64,000 nt of DNA from Candidatus Daviesbacteria bacterium (GCA_030699125.1 JAUYKM010000018.1:34884-98883); one strand, 5' to 3'; shown: positions 1 to 9,486, numbered from the stretch's first letter. Notes: generated by a model not told the origin, from the letters alone. Numbers and translations: made by a program.

Positions 1-1561
1 ATTGGGCACTCACCTCAGTAGTTGATTTCCCCCATGTTCCATCATCTGCCGAACGGGATGCAATAGAAACAGAGGTATCCAAATTAAACTTCAAACCACT
101 GGTGTTAGTTAAAACTGCTCCCTTTGAAAGGGTAACTTCCCGATCAGTTTTATTCCTAAGAACCACTGTTCCTTTGGCCGGATCTCCTATCTCACGACTT
201 CCGGTGGCCCCTATTGAATCAGACCCTGATACCTCAGTTGTAACCAGCTCACCGGGAATTATTTTAGCTTCTCTGTCAATTTCTTTTTGTTTGGGATCTG
301 CTATAACTTGGGTTTCTTTCTCCAAAATCTGGGGTTCAACAAATATTTTAACATCTGCCTTAGGTAATAAAAGATAGGCGCCAATTATCCCAAAAATAAT
401 CAGTACAATAACTACAAAAAAGATAGTTCCTCTTGCTTTGGCTTTCTCAATTAATTTATTTACGAAACTAATATTAAAAAATGCCGGGAGTTTAAATTTT
501 CCAATTGACAACTGTGCTGGTGGAGCAAGTTCCTTAGAGAAATCATCATGTCGAGTAATTGGTTGATCAGGCGGTTGAACTAAATTTTCCTTTTCTTCTT
601 CCTCATTGATTTGCTCTGATATATCCCCCATGACAAATCCGCTGGCAGATAGCTCTGGCTTTGACTCCTCTTCCATTTCTTTTTTTTCAACAGACTCTTC
701 CTTTTCAGCGGGCTCTATCTCCTCAGATGGTTCTGACTCCCCCTCCTTAATCTCTTTTAGATCTGAGGCGGGCTTGGTAATTTGGGCTTTGGTATTTTTA
801 ACAAAAACTATCTCATTATTTACTTCAAACCCCCCGGCATAACAGATACTCTCTATTTCAACACCGGATGGGAGAATCTCAATTTTAGGAACATGTAAGA
901 ATGATAGATTCTGCATCCAGGAAAATTCATGCAGCTCATTTTTAATTTTTTCTAATTTTTCTTCCTCCAATCCATAAATTAATATCTTGGAAGGCAAAGT
1001 TTCCACATTAGTAAATGCGAGTAAAGCTTTCTCAATATCTACCCCACCATTTTCACCTCTGCCCACTACTCTGGTACCATCCAGTCTGCCGGCTCTGACC
1101 ACAGATACTGTCAAGTGTTCTGCCTCAAAACCTACTAAAATGGCTGTGGTTGGCACCCCCTCAGTTTTTTCCAAATAGTGAATTAAGGCATGTGAGGAGG
1201 CCACATAAGCCATGGGGGAAAGTTCCAAATCCTTGATCATATTCCTCAACACTTTTAGATATTCTCCCCTCAAATCATCATCAACTAACCATGAATCAGG
1301 TACGCCAAAGAGGATTTTTTCAGGCTCTATTTCTCTTACACCCAACACTTTATCTAGTAGAGAGTCTGTCACCCGCAGAAGATCTTGTAAAGAAGTATAT
1401 GTATCAGTGGCAGTTTCTAAAATCTGTAAATTACTTCCATCGATATTCCAAAGAGCGGCTGTTAATTTTTCATTAGATATATTTAAGGCAAAAAAATATT
1501 CTACTTGTGGTTCTTTTTTGCCAAAAGGTAAGATTGAAGTTAATTTATCGAGCAGACCCAT
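1..1561 (-). CDS. Partial (runs off left edge) membrane protein: FtsA/PilM-like N-terminal region, acidic linker, one TM helix, baseplate-J-like extracellular domain
   Basis: Read manually (not in ORF track): MGLLDKLTSILPFGKKEPQVEYFFALNI...FGVPDSWL...IFFVVIVLIIFGIIGAYLLLPKA...ATGSREIGDPAKGTVVLRNKT..., open to window edge; starts just after the alaS stop. Confidence 0.7.
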   Translation of the reverse strand, partial: MGLLDKLTSILPFGKKEPQVEYFFALNISNEKLTAALWNIDGSNLQILETATDTYTSLQDLLRVTDSLLDKVLGVREIEPEKILFGVPDSWLVDDDLRGEYLKVLRNMIKDLELSPMAYVASSHALIHYLEKTEGVPTTAILVGFEAEHLTVSVVRAGRLDGTRVVGRGENGGVDIEKALLAFTNVETLPSKILIYGLEEEKLEKIKNELHEFSWMQNLSFLHVPKIEILPSGVEIESICYAGGFEVNNEIVFVKNTKAQITKPASDLKEIKEGESEPSEEIEPAEKEESVEKKEMEEESKPELSASGFVMGDISEQINEEEEKENLVQPPDQPITRHDDFSKELAPPAQLSIGKFKLPAFFNISFVNKLIEKAKARGTIFFVVIVLIIFGIIGAYLLLPKADVKIFVEPQILEKETQVIADPKQKEIDREAKIIPGELVTTEVSGSDSIGATGSREIGDPAKGTVVLRNKTDREVTLSKGAVLTNTSGLKFNLDTSVSIASRSADDGTWGKSTTEVSAQ

Positions 1562-1566
1562 ATAAA

Positions 1567-3405
1567 TTATCTTAACACAACTTCGGCTCTAATGCGCCTG
1601 ATTCCGGAGGAAATTGCTTCCTCTTTGGCAATTTTTATTTTACCAATAGCACCTGTTTTTTCAACGTGAGGTCCGCCACAAAATTCCAGAGAATAATAAC
1701 CTCCTCGCAATCTTTTATCTTTTGCATCTGGACTAATCTTAAATCCCGGTCCCACTCCATAAATGGAAACCTTATCTGCATATTTTTCATTAAAAAGCCC
1801 GATGGCATTCATTTCCTTTGCCTTCTCCAAAGGAATAATTATATGATCTACCTGCAAATTTTCCTCAATTCTTTTGTTCACCAAATTTTCCACTTGTTTT
1901 ATCTCTTCCTCTGTCATTTTTCTATTAAAAGAAAAATCAAATCTAAGTCTCTCTGAAGTGATATTGGATCCTTTCTGAAAAACTTCCGGCCCTAAAACAT
2001 CGCGCAAAGCCTGGTGCAGAAGATGGGTAGCTGTATGATACTTGGTAACTATCTCAGAATGATCTGCCAACCCCCCTTTAAACATTCCTGCAGAGGCAGT
2101 TCTGGAAACTTCCCGGTGTTTCTCAAACTCTTTCCTAAATTGTTCTCTATCAACAATTTGTCCTTTTTCTTTAAATAATTCCTCAGTAATCTCCACCGGA
2201 AATCCATATGTCTGGTATAAATCAAAAGCTTTTTTTCCATCAATCTGATCAATCTTTTCCACCTCTTTTAATCCTTTTTCCAAAGTCTTAGTAAATCTAA
2301 AAACCTCAGTTGATATAATATCTGAGATAACTCTTTTATCTTTTTCAGTATCCAGATAAATCCCATCATAAATTTCTACAATGGCATCACAGACTGCCAC
2401 CACATCATGCTCATCAATTATTTTTTCCAATTTTCTCATCTTTATAACAGATCTCCTGATCAGTCTTCTTAAAACATAACCCTGCAATTTATTAGATGAT
2501 TCCACTCCTTGCACCACTAGAAAGGTAGCTGCCTTTAGGTGATCAATAATCACTCTCATCGCTTCTGCATTCTCTTCATATTTTTTGCCACTTATTGTTT
2601 CGATTATTCGAATAATTGGTACATAAAGATCTGTTTTGAAAACATCCGGAGTATCTAGCGTTGTAGCTGTTAATCTTTCTAACCCACCGCCAAAATCTAC
2701 ATTTTTTTGAGGAAGTTCTTTTAAAGTCCCATCTTCCTGTTTTCTATATTGGATAAAAACTGAATTACAAATTTCTAAAAACCTTCCGCAATCACAATTG
2801 GGATGACACTCTTTACCAAATTTTGGATCATGAGGTGTGCCAAAATCATAGAATACTTCAGAGTCAGGGCCACCAATTTCTCCTGCTGGCATTTTATCCG
2901 GAGGACCGGAACGAGACCACCAATTTTTATCTACTCCGTAAAAATGGATATGCTCATCCTCAACCCCAAGATTTTTCCATATTTCATATGATTCTGTATC
3001 CTTGGGCACATCATCAGTACCTTCAAAAACCGCTACATGTAATTTATTTTTATCCAGACCAATTTCTTTAGTTAAAAATTCCCAACACCATTTTAATTGT
3101 TCTTCCTTAAAATAATCCCCCAAAGACCAGTTGCCTAACATTTCAAAAAAGGTAGTATGTCTGTTATCCCCAACTTCCTCTATATCTTCAGCTCTAAAGG
3201 ATGGTTGGGAATTAACTAATCTTTTTCCTTCAGGATGTTCTTGTCCAAGTAAATAAGGAACCAGTGGCTGCATGCCGGATGAGGTAAATAAAGTTGTGGG
3301 ATCATTTTCTGGCACAAGCTTTGCAGGCGCAATTTCTTTATGTTTATAACCTTTTAGGTTTTTAAAAAACTCAATATACTTCTTTCGAATTGTTTTTGAA
3401 TCCAT
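1567..3405 (-). CDS. alaS: Alanine--tRNA ligase, short form lacking C-Ala domain
   Basis: DPTTLFTSSGMQP, HTTFFEMLGNWS, DFGGGLERL, editing motifs HTATHLL and EFCGGPH. Confidence 0.97.
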   Translation of the reverse strand: MDSKTIRKKYIEFFKNLKGYKHKEIAPAKLVPENDPTTLFTSSGMQPLVPYLLGQEHPEGKRLVNSQPSFRAEDIEEVGDNRHTTFFEMLGNWSLGDYFKEEQLKWCWEFLTKEIGLDKNKLHVAVFEGTDDVPKDTESYEIWKNLGVEDEHIHFYGVDKNWWSRSGPPDKMPAGEIGGPDSEVFYDFGTPHDPKFGKECHPNCDCGRFLEICNSVFIQYRKQEDGTLKELPQKNVDFGGGLERLTATTLDTPDVFKTDLYVPIIRIIETISGKKYEENAEAMRVIIDHLKAATFLVVQGVESSNKLQGYVLRRLIRRSVIKMRKLEKIIDEHDVVAVCDAIVEIYDGIYLDTEKDKRVISDIISTEVFRFTKTLEKGLKEVEKIDQIDGKKAFDLYQTYGFPVEITEELFKEKGQIVDREQFRKEFEKHREVSRTASAGMFKGGLADHSEIVTKYHTATHLLHQALRDVLGPEVFQKGSNITSERLRFDFSFNRKMTEEEIKQVENLVNKRIEENLQVDHIIIPLEKAKEMNAIGLFNEKYADKVSIYGVGPGFKISPDAKDKRLRGGYYSLEFCGGPHVEKTGAIGKIKIAKEEAISSGIRRIRAEVVLR

Positions 3406-3435
3406 GAAGCCATTTTAACAAGAACAAGGAGGAAT

Positions 3436-3461
3436 GTCATTCCTGCGAAAGCAGGAATCCA
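3436..3461. repeat. REP/RPE-like palindrome GTCATTCCTGCGAAAGCAGGAATCCA
   Basis: ATTCCTGC-GAAA-GCAGGAAT perfect stem with a GTC head; may double as terminator of the 3468..4070 gene. Confidence 0.75.
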
Positions 3462-3467
3462 ATTAAA

Positions 3468-4070
3468 TCATTGAATAAATCTAATGGTGGAAATAATTTG
3501 ATTTTGTATCTCACTAAATGAAGTTTTCTTAAACGTAGATACAATGTATACAAATCCTCCATAGTCAGTATCTAAATGTAAATTTGGCCATTGTGGTACT
3601 AAACCTGCTCCCTTTGGATAATCTTCTGGTCTAACCAGATATTCTTTCCATTTGTAATCATTTATTATTCTTTCCTGTGGAGTAAGATTAAGATACATAT
3701 AGTATCTGTCTTGCTCTGCATTTCCAATGGGGATTTCTTCCATACGCATACTCAATACATTGTCGCCATATCTATCAATCATTATTGTCAAAAATTTTCT
3801 TGTTTGCATGGTTATAGGTAATTCTTCAAAACTTAAATCTGCAGGATATTTAAATTGAATACGATATTCTTTATTTGTATATGTTTTCCAATTTGCTGTT
3901 TCCACAGCACCAGTCGGTGCAGGACTCGCATCTGAAGTTGTCGAAGGTTGGATAGTTTGTTGAGGAGTAGGTTTATTTAAATTAATTTTTCCAGCATAAA
4001 TTAAATATCCACCAATTGCTGCAGCTATTAGTAAAACTATTAATATCGGCGCTAATCCTTTTTGTTTCAC
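3468..4070 (-). CDS. Pilin-like-leader membrane-anchored surface protein (NWKTYTN...FKYP family, PsbP-like domain possible)
   Basis: QKG|LAPILIVLLIAAAIGGYL class III signal-like N-terminus, P/T linker, ANWKTYTNKEYRIQFKYP; GTG at 4070 preferred to TTG 4094 because TATACT lies 7 nt upstream. Confidence 0.75.
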   Translation of the reverse strand: MKQKGLAPILIVLLIAAAIGGYLIYAGKINLNKPTPQQTIQPSTTSDASPAPTGAVETANWKTYTNKEYRIQFKYPADLSFEELPITMQTRKFLTIMIDRYGDNVLSMRMEEIPIGNAEQDRYYMYLNLTPQERIINDYKWKEYLVRPEDYPKGAGLVPQWPNLHLDTDYGGFVYIVSTFKKTSFSEIQNQIISTIRFIQ

Positions 4071-4083
4071 TAGCTTTAGTATA

Positions 4084-4494
4084 CTACTTTTCAATTATTC
4101 TAATATCTAAATTCCATTTATATCTTTCAAAAGTAATTCTGGCTTTAGAAAAGAAATCCTCTTGTCCTAGTACACATTTAAAGGGTGTGTTTAGCTGATT
4201 ACTAAATTGCACCGGAATATTTAATTGATGTCCTCCTACTTCTATTGTGATTTTTGAAGAATAAGATAAAAATGGAGAACCGTTGATGCCAAATGACGTC
4301 TGAGGCTTTATATTTCCTAGATCGATCCCAAGTATATCAGCTATTTCCATAGTTAGGTATGAATAATCAGCTCCTGAGTCCACCAAACAGAGAATAGGTA
4401 AAGTTGATTTTTCCTGATGAATAAATTTGGCAGGAATCAGTGGTCTTTTTGTATCTTTAGGAATTCCCGGAAGTGTGGTGTATGGAAAATTCAT
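4084..4494 (-). CDS. Retropepsin-like (clan AA) aspartyl protease
   Basis: LVDSGADYS catalytic motif and C-terminal VLGQEDFF psi-loop motif; 136 aa single domain. Confidence 0.85.
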   Translation of the reverse strand: MNFPYTTLPGIPKDTKRPLIPAKFIHQEKSTLPILCLVDSGADYSYLTMEIADILGIDLGNIKPQTSFGINGSPFLSYSSKITIEVGGHQLNIPVQFSNQLNTPFKCVLGQEDFFSKARITFERYKWNLDIRIIEK

Positions 4495-4691
4495 TAGCCA
4501 CTTGTAACATAACCACGATAATTTTTGGCAGCAGGAATTAACACAACATCCTCTCTTTTCTGTTTTTCAACTTTATCACTAACTTCTTTCAGTGTCTCTC
4601 CTGAGGCCACTACTCTTTTATAATCAGCAGTCATAGCCACCCAACCTGACGAAAAATTTTTAAGTAATTTAGATAGATTTACCGTTTGCAT
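4494..4691 (-). CDS. Small DUF5678-like protein
   Basis: 65 aa, GWVAM...VVASGETLKEV; stop overlaps protease start; paralogue at 42973..43194. Confidence 0.7.
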   Translation of the reverse strand: MQTVNLSKLLKNFSSGWVAMTADYKRVVASGETLKEVSDKVEKQKREDVVLIPAAKNYRGYVTSG

Positions 4692-4715
4692 ATGTTATAT
4701 TTTACCACACTTTAA

Positions 4716-4985
4716 TTATAAAACCTTTTTGTAGAATCTTTTGTGTTTTGGTTTAGATTCTTTTTTAGAAGATACTTGCTCGGCTCCTTTTTCCAAAGTG
4801 GCAATTAAGTTTTGACTTTTTTTATCTTGAAACTTTTTGTCCATCCCCAAATCCAAAACATCATTTAATCTATCTAGAGCCCTTTTTAAATTCTTTAAAA
4901 TTAAATAAACCTGAAAACCGGTAATACTTAAGAATACGGACAAAAGTATAATTAAAAAAATTAGCCCTATTTGTAAAATATCCAT
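4716..4985 (-). CDS. Small single-TM membrane protein (DUF948-like)
   Basis: N-terminal hydrophobic helix, coiled segment, basic tail; follows the rodZ-like gene. Confidence 0.6.
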   Translation of the reverse strand: MDILQIGLIFLIILLSVFLSITGFQVYLILKNLKRALDRLNDVLDLGMDKKFQDKKSQNLIATLEKGAEQVSSKKESKPKHKRFYKKVL

Positions 4986-5000
4986 ATTGTTAGATTAACA

Positions 5001-5642
5001 CTATTCCGGTTTGTAGAAAACATTTCTTTCTACCTCTGTCTCCTTCCCCTCTTTAGATCTGGCTGTGATGGAGATACTATTAATACTCTCCTTTAGTCTT
5101 ATTTCCTGAGAAAATCTACCGCTTATGTCCACTTGAATTTCCTGATCATTAATAGAAACTTTAGCCTCAGGATCAGTTCTTCCGGAAACAATAATAACCT
5201 CATTTTTATAAGTTTCCTGATCATTTGGTTGAGAAATTTCCAGGAAAGGAGTTCCAGCTAAAAAACGATATTCAAACCAAAGATAGGCAAAAAAAGAAAA
5301 AATTAGTACAACTACTATTGTTCCCAAAAGCTTGGCAGGCGTGATTCTTAATCTTTTTTTATCAATGGGACTAATAAAAGAATCTAAAATTCTGGGAGGA
5401 TTTTTATGGATAGAGTATTCTCTTCTATAAATTGCCAAAAGCTTAGATGTATCTAATTTTAAAAATTTACCGTAATTTTTAATAAAACCCTGAACAAAGG
5501 TGGGAGGGGGGAGTTTGATATAATCATCATTTTCCAAAGCTTTCAAAAGTTCAATTCTGATTTTGGTAATCTTTTCTATCTCTTCCAAGGTATAAAATTT
5601 TTTTTCTCTTTCTTCTTTTAAAATCTGGCCGACTGTACGCAT
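5001..5642 (-). CDS. RodZ-like HTH membrane protein with C-terminal Ig-like domain
   Basis: VGQILKEERE...LKALENDDY..LP..FVQGFIKNY HTH, one TM helix, beta-rich tail; lies downstream of ftsK. Confidence 0.85.
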   Translation of the reverse strand: MRTVGQILKEEREKKFYTLEEIEKITKIRIELLKALENDDYIKLPPPTFVQGFIKNYGKFLKLDTSKLLAIYRREYSIHKNPPRILDSFISPIDKKRLRITPAKLLGTIVVVLIFSFFAYLWFEYRFLAGTPFLEISQPNDQETYKNEVIIVSGRTDPEAKVSINDQEIQVDISGRFSQEIRLKESINSISITARSKEGKETEVERNVFYKPE

Positions 5643-6191
5643 TTAGTTTAATTTAAAACTCCCTTCTCTTAGTATTTTAAATTTTCCATTTTTTTCTAAT
5701 TTTATTAATGTAGACGGCTTGGCACTGATTCTACCACTATCATGGTAATAATCCACCCTATTCCCAAAATATTTTTTTGCCTCAGCCAAAGTTTGCGAAG
5801 GTTTCCTTCCCTCAAAATTGGCCGAGGGAGCAACTAAAGGACCTGTTTGTTTTAATAACTCCGTTAGCTTTTCATCTTTTGGCATTCTAAATGCTAAACT
5901 TTCTGTCCCCCTGTGAAGATATTCAAAGTTCTTGCTAGAGATGGGCAAAATAACACTTAAAGGGTTAGGCCAGTGACTTTGGAGAAAATCTCTCTGATGC
6001 TGAGTTAACTTAATTCCAAACATTTCCAAATCCTTTATGGAACTAATCAAAATTATGAAAGGTTTATCTAAACTTCTTTTTCTTAATTGATAAATTCCTT
6101 CTACAGTTTTAGAATTTAATGCAGATCCCACAATTCCATAAATAGTATCTGTAGGGATCACCCAAATCCCCCCATTTTTTAAATCCCTCAT
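5643..6191 (-). CDS. tsaC: L-threonylcarbamoyladenylate synthase (Sua5/TsaC)
   Basis: PTDTIYG, KRSLDKP, WPNPLS, APSANFEG, PSTLI, LREG motifs. Confidence 0.92.
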   Translation of the reverse strand: MRDLKNGGIWVIPTDTIYGIVGSALNSKTVEGIYQLRKRSLDKPFIILISSIKDLEMFGIKLTQHQRDFLQSHWPNPLSVILPISSKNFEYLHRGTESLAFRMPKDEKLTELLKQTGPLVAPSANFEGRKPSQTLAEAKKYFGNRVDYYHDSGRISAKPSTLIKLEKNGKFKILREGSFKLN

Positions 6192-6292
6192 TTTGATTGT
6201 TTTCTTGTCAGAGGAAAATGAATGGAAAATAGCACTAAAGATGCCACAGAAATTAAATAAAAATATATAGTGGCAATTATTTTCCCAGACAT
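6188..6292 (-). CDS. 34-aa hydrophobic mini-ORF, possibly an internally deleted remnant of a membrane protein
   Basis: MSGKIIATIYFYLISVASLVLFSIHFPLTRKQSK*; ATGA overlap with tsaC start; fills the gap after the 6296 gene. Confidence 0.5.
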   Translation of the reverse strand: MSGKIIATIYFYLISVASLVLFSIHFPLTRKQSK

Positions 6293-6295
6293 AAA

Positions 6296-6505
6296 TTAGA
6301 TTACAGAAAATTCTACCGGTAGAGGGGTTCTTCTTTTAGGTAACTCTATGTATAGTTTCTCAAACCCTATCACCTTACCTCTTTTATCTTTACTCACGAT
6401 AGTCCCATCTCCAATCTCTTCACTAACCACTTCTTTCTTGGGATCATCAAACCAAACACTTAAAGTCTGGCCCTTTTTATCATAAAACATTTTGATCTTT
6501 GACAT
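6296..6505 (-). CDS. DUF2283-like small protein (putative antitoxin partner)
   Basis: FYDKKGQTLSVWF...SEEIGDGTIVSKDKRGKVIGFE pattern. Confidence 0.75.
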   Translation of the reverse strand: MSKIKMFYDKKGQTLSVWFDDPKKEVVSEEIGDGTIVSKDKRGKVIGFEKLYIELPKRRTPLPVEFSVI

Positions 6506-6812
6506 ACACTACTTCTCCCTCCTTAATTCTATCAGTTAAATAAGCTGTAATCATATAGCCATTTTTTTTATCTATATGATCTGTTACTGCACAAACATTA
6601 AGCTTACCAATTTTCTTATAATACAAATGTACTCTTAAATCCTTTATGCTTCTTCTAACTTCATCAGGATCTTTTAAGGATTCTTTAACTTTAGCTTCAT
6701 ATTTGGCAATACTTGGATGTTTAATTGTTACAATCATTTGCCAATATGCTTTAGTAGTTCTGATAATAATACCAAGTGGTGTTTTAATCTTAAAGTATTC
6801 ATCAGAAACCAC
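6480..6812 (-). CDS. DUF4258/RelE-like putative toxin
   Basis: WQMIVTIKHP...LKDPDEVRRS...LYYK...MITAYLT; overlaps the DUF2283-like gene. Confidence 0.65.
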   Translation of the reverse strand: MVSDEYFKIKTPLGIIIRTTKAYWQMIVTIKHPSIAKYEAKVKESLKDPDEVRRSIKDLRVHLYYKKIGKLNVCAVTDHIDKKNGYMITAYLTDRIKEGEVVYVKDQNVL

Positions 6813-6928
6813 AGCCTAATTATAAAATAATGAGTTCCCACTTACAATTGCCGCCTTCTGCTCTAATGATTCGTATCATCTATACAGACTAAAATGATTT
6901 AAATCATTGAATCAGAGATTATATAAGC

Positions 6929-7387
6929 TTATTCTCTGATTTTTTTAGCCAGTTCTGCTAATTTGTTATCATCCTCTCTTTTATAATCATTAGAGGAAAT
7001 GTACCCTTCATATCTTGTAAAGTACTTTCTGACATAATTTTTTGAGGTTATTCTTTTCCATTTTTCCATTTTAGTTCCATGCATGGGGAATAATTTAGCA
7101 TGGACATGATCAATTGCAAAACCTTCAAAAATCATACCGGTCCTACCTACATCCTCCAATTTCTCATCAAGTAATTTGGCTACTTTTTTAGTTGCAATAA
7201 CCAAGTCCCTTAAAACATCATCTTCTAAATCAAATGCATAACTTGGGTAATGTTGTTTTGTAATTACTACTGAAAATCCTACTGTATTTGGGAAAATTGA
7301 TAAAAAGGCTAAATGTTTTTCATCTTCCCATATTAAATGTGAAGGGGCTTCTCCTTTAACAATTTTGCAGAATATACAATCATTCAT
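6929..7387 (-). CDS. HIT family hydrolase
   Basis: DCIFCKIVKGEAPS, AFLSIFP, variant triad IDHVHAKLFP. Confidence 0.9.
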   Translation of the reverse strand: MNDCIFCKIVKGEAPSHLIWEDEKHLAFLSIFPNTVGFSVVITKQHYPSYAFDLEDDVLRDLVIATKKVAKLLDEKLEDVGRTGMIFEGFAIDHVHAKLFPMHGTKMEKWKRITSKNYVRKYFTRYEGYISSNDYKREDDNKLAELAKKIRE

Positions 7388-7389
7388 TA

Positions 7390-9486
7390 TTAACTCTCTG
7401 CACCTCCAGCACTTTGGGCAAAGTATTCTTCAGCATTTCTGACCAAAACATCACGCGGTTTAGATCCATCTCCCGGCCCAATAATTCCTGCCACCTCCAA
7501 CTCATCTATGATTCTGGCTGCTCTGGCATAACCCACTTTTAGCCTTCTTTGCAGAAGTGATGCAGAAGCCCGATCATATTGACAGACAGTTCTCACTGCC
7601 TCCTCAAATAATTCATCTCTCTCTCCGCCATTTCCTCTTCCTCGAAATCTACCAAGAGGCATTTCTGTTACCTCAGCTGTATATTCAGGCGCCACCCCCA
7701 GATCTTTTAAGTATTTAATGAGATTGTTAATCTCTGGATCATTAACCAAAACTCCCTGAATCCTTAATGGTTTGGAAGCATCGGGCGGCAAAAACAGCAT
7801 GTCTCCCCGTCCCAACAGTTTCTCCGCCCCCGGCTGATCAATAATTACCCTGGAATCAACCATGGATGAAACATTAAAGGCAATCCGGCAGGGAATATTG
7901 GCTTTAATCAGTCCAGTGATAACATCAACTGATGGGCGCTGGGTAGCCACCACCAAATGAATTCCTGTGGCCCGGGCCAGCTGGGCAATTCTGGTGATGG
8001 CATCCTCGATCTCAACAGGGGCAAACATCATCAAATCTGCCAGCTCATCAATGATGATGACAATATAGGGCAGGGCCTGAAAACCGGACATCTCATTATA
8101 TCCTGAGATATTTCTCACCCCCACTGACTGGAATAATTTATACCTTCTGTCCATCTCTGCCATGGCCCACTTTAGGGCTGATAATATTTTTTCCGGTTCT
8201 GTAATAACCGGTGTTAAAAGATGAGGAATACCGTTATAATTGGTCAACTCCACTCTTTTGGGATCAATTAAGATCATTTTCAACTCATCCGGCGAGTTCC
8301 TAAAAAGCAAAGACCCAATGACAGTATTAATCATGACTGATTTACCGCTCCCCGTAGTTCCGGCAATTAAACAGTGAGGCATTTTATCCAAATCCACAAT
8401 CACCGGGTTGGAAGAGGTATCTCTTCCTAGAGCCACAGCTAATTTAGATTTATGTTTGGCCATTTCATCAGAGCCCAGAATATTTTTTAGGCCCACCAAC
8501 TCTAAAGAGCGGTTTGGTACCTCAATTCCCACCAATGATTTACCAGGAATGGGAGCTTCAATCCTGACTGTTCCGGTAGGGGTGGCCAGAGCCAAAGCAA
8601 TATCGTGTTGCAGATTGGCAATTTTGGAAATTTTAGTACCGGCAGAGATTCTTAAGGCATATTGAGTGACAGCTGGACCGCCATTAACCTCTGCCACATC
8701 CGCCTGGATTCCAAATGAATCCAAAGTTTTTTCAATAATATCTGCATTCTTTTTGACATCACCACGTTCTGCTTGAGCACCAGTTTTGTCGGAAAGCAGT
8801 GAAAGTGAAGGGTATTTCCATACCTTTGTTTGTCCTGCCACGTTTTGTACCAATACATCAGAGATGACATTATCTTTAGCAGGAGGTGGCGATGCTCTCA
8901 CAGGTCTATCATCCAAACCGGATACTTTAATGGGAATATGTTTAGCTTCAAAAGTTCTTTGTCTTGATAAAATTGGCTGTACAAGCTTCTCCTTAAAGAA
9001 TTTGAAAATCAAAAAAAATATGGCAAAAATCTGACCTAAAGAGGTATTAAATAACACTACCAATCCCACCAAAAATACCAAACCCAAAACAGCTACTGCC
9101 CCTAGTGGGGTGACAAAAGATGAGAGTTGTTGCCAAAGAGTCAACCCCAATGTACCTGCCCGATCAACTGAAACAGGGGCTGTCAAACCGGCCAAAGAAA
9201 AAATAATTAATAAAAGACCCAATAAAACATTGGTTTGGACAAATTTCCATCTTACTTTAGTCAATACCAAACCGCAAAGCAAAAAAACTAATGGTGAAAA
9301 AATACTGGTCCAACCAAATATCCTATTTAATAGATCTCTCCAAAAATTTAGCATAGCTGATTCTGTACTAATTGAGATAATGGAAAGAATGGCCAAAAGA
9401 AAAGCGATCAGGCTTCCTACTGCTGTAATAGTTTTTTGTCTTAATCTTAATTTGGGTAATCTGTAAATAGATCTTCTGCGTGACAT
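7390..9486 (-). CDS. ftsK: DNA translocase FtsK/SpoIIIE
   Basis: N-terminal TM helices, GTTGSGKS Walker A, IIIDELADLM, ATQRPSVDV, gamma domain LQRRLKVGYARAARIID. Confidence 0.97.
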   Translation of the reverse strand: MSRRRSIYRLPKLRLRQKTITAVGSLIAFLLAILSIISISTESAMLNFWRDLLNRIFGWTSIFSPLVFLLCGLVLTKVRWKFVQTNVLLGLLLIIFSLAGLTAPVSVDRAGTLGLTLWQQLSSFVTPLGAVAVLGLVFLVGLVVLFNTSLGQIFAIFFLIFKFFKEKLVQPILSRQRTFEAKHIPIKVSGLDDRPVRASPPPAKDNVISDVLVQNVAGQTKVWKYPSLSLLSDKTGAQAERGDVKKNADIIEKTLDSFGIQADVAEVNGGPAVTQYALRISAGTKISKIANLQHDIALALATPTGTVRIEAPIPGKSLVGIEVPNRSLELVGLKNILGSDEMAKHKSKLAVALGRDTSSNPVIVDLDKMPHCLIAGTTGSGKSVMINTVIGSLLFRNSPDELKMILIDPKRVELTNYNGIPHLLTPVITEPEKILSALKWAMAEMDRRYKLFQSVGVRNISGYNEMSGFQALPYIVIIIDELADLMMFAPVEIEDAITRIAQLARATGIHLVVATQRPSVDVITGLIKANIPCRIAFNVSSMVDSRVIIDQPGAEKLLGRGDMLFLPPDASKPLRIQGVLVNDPEINNLIKYLKDLGVAPEYTAEVTEMPLGRFRGRGNGGERDELFEEAVRTVCQYDRASASLLQRRLKVGYARAARIIDELEVAGIIGPGDGSKPRDVLVRNAEEYFAQSAGGAES

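Noticed and set aside
102-1565. Several short plus-strand ORFs, and similar antisense ORFs over pnp, nusA, sbcC and groL
   Set aside because: Shadows of long genes on the opposite strand; no motifs
6816-6875. Minus-strand peptide YESLEQKAAIVSGNSLFYN resembling an amidohydrolase C-terminus
   Set aside because: Too short, no start codon; cannot be distinguished from chance
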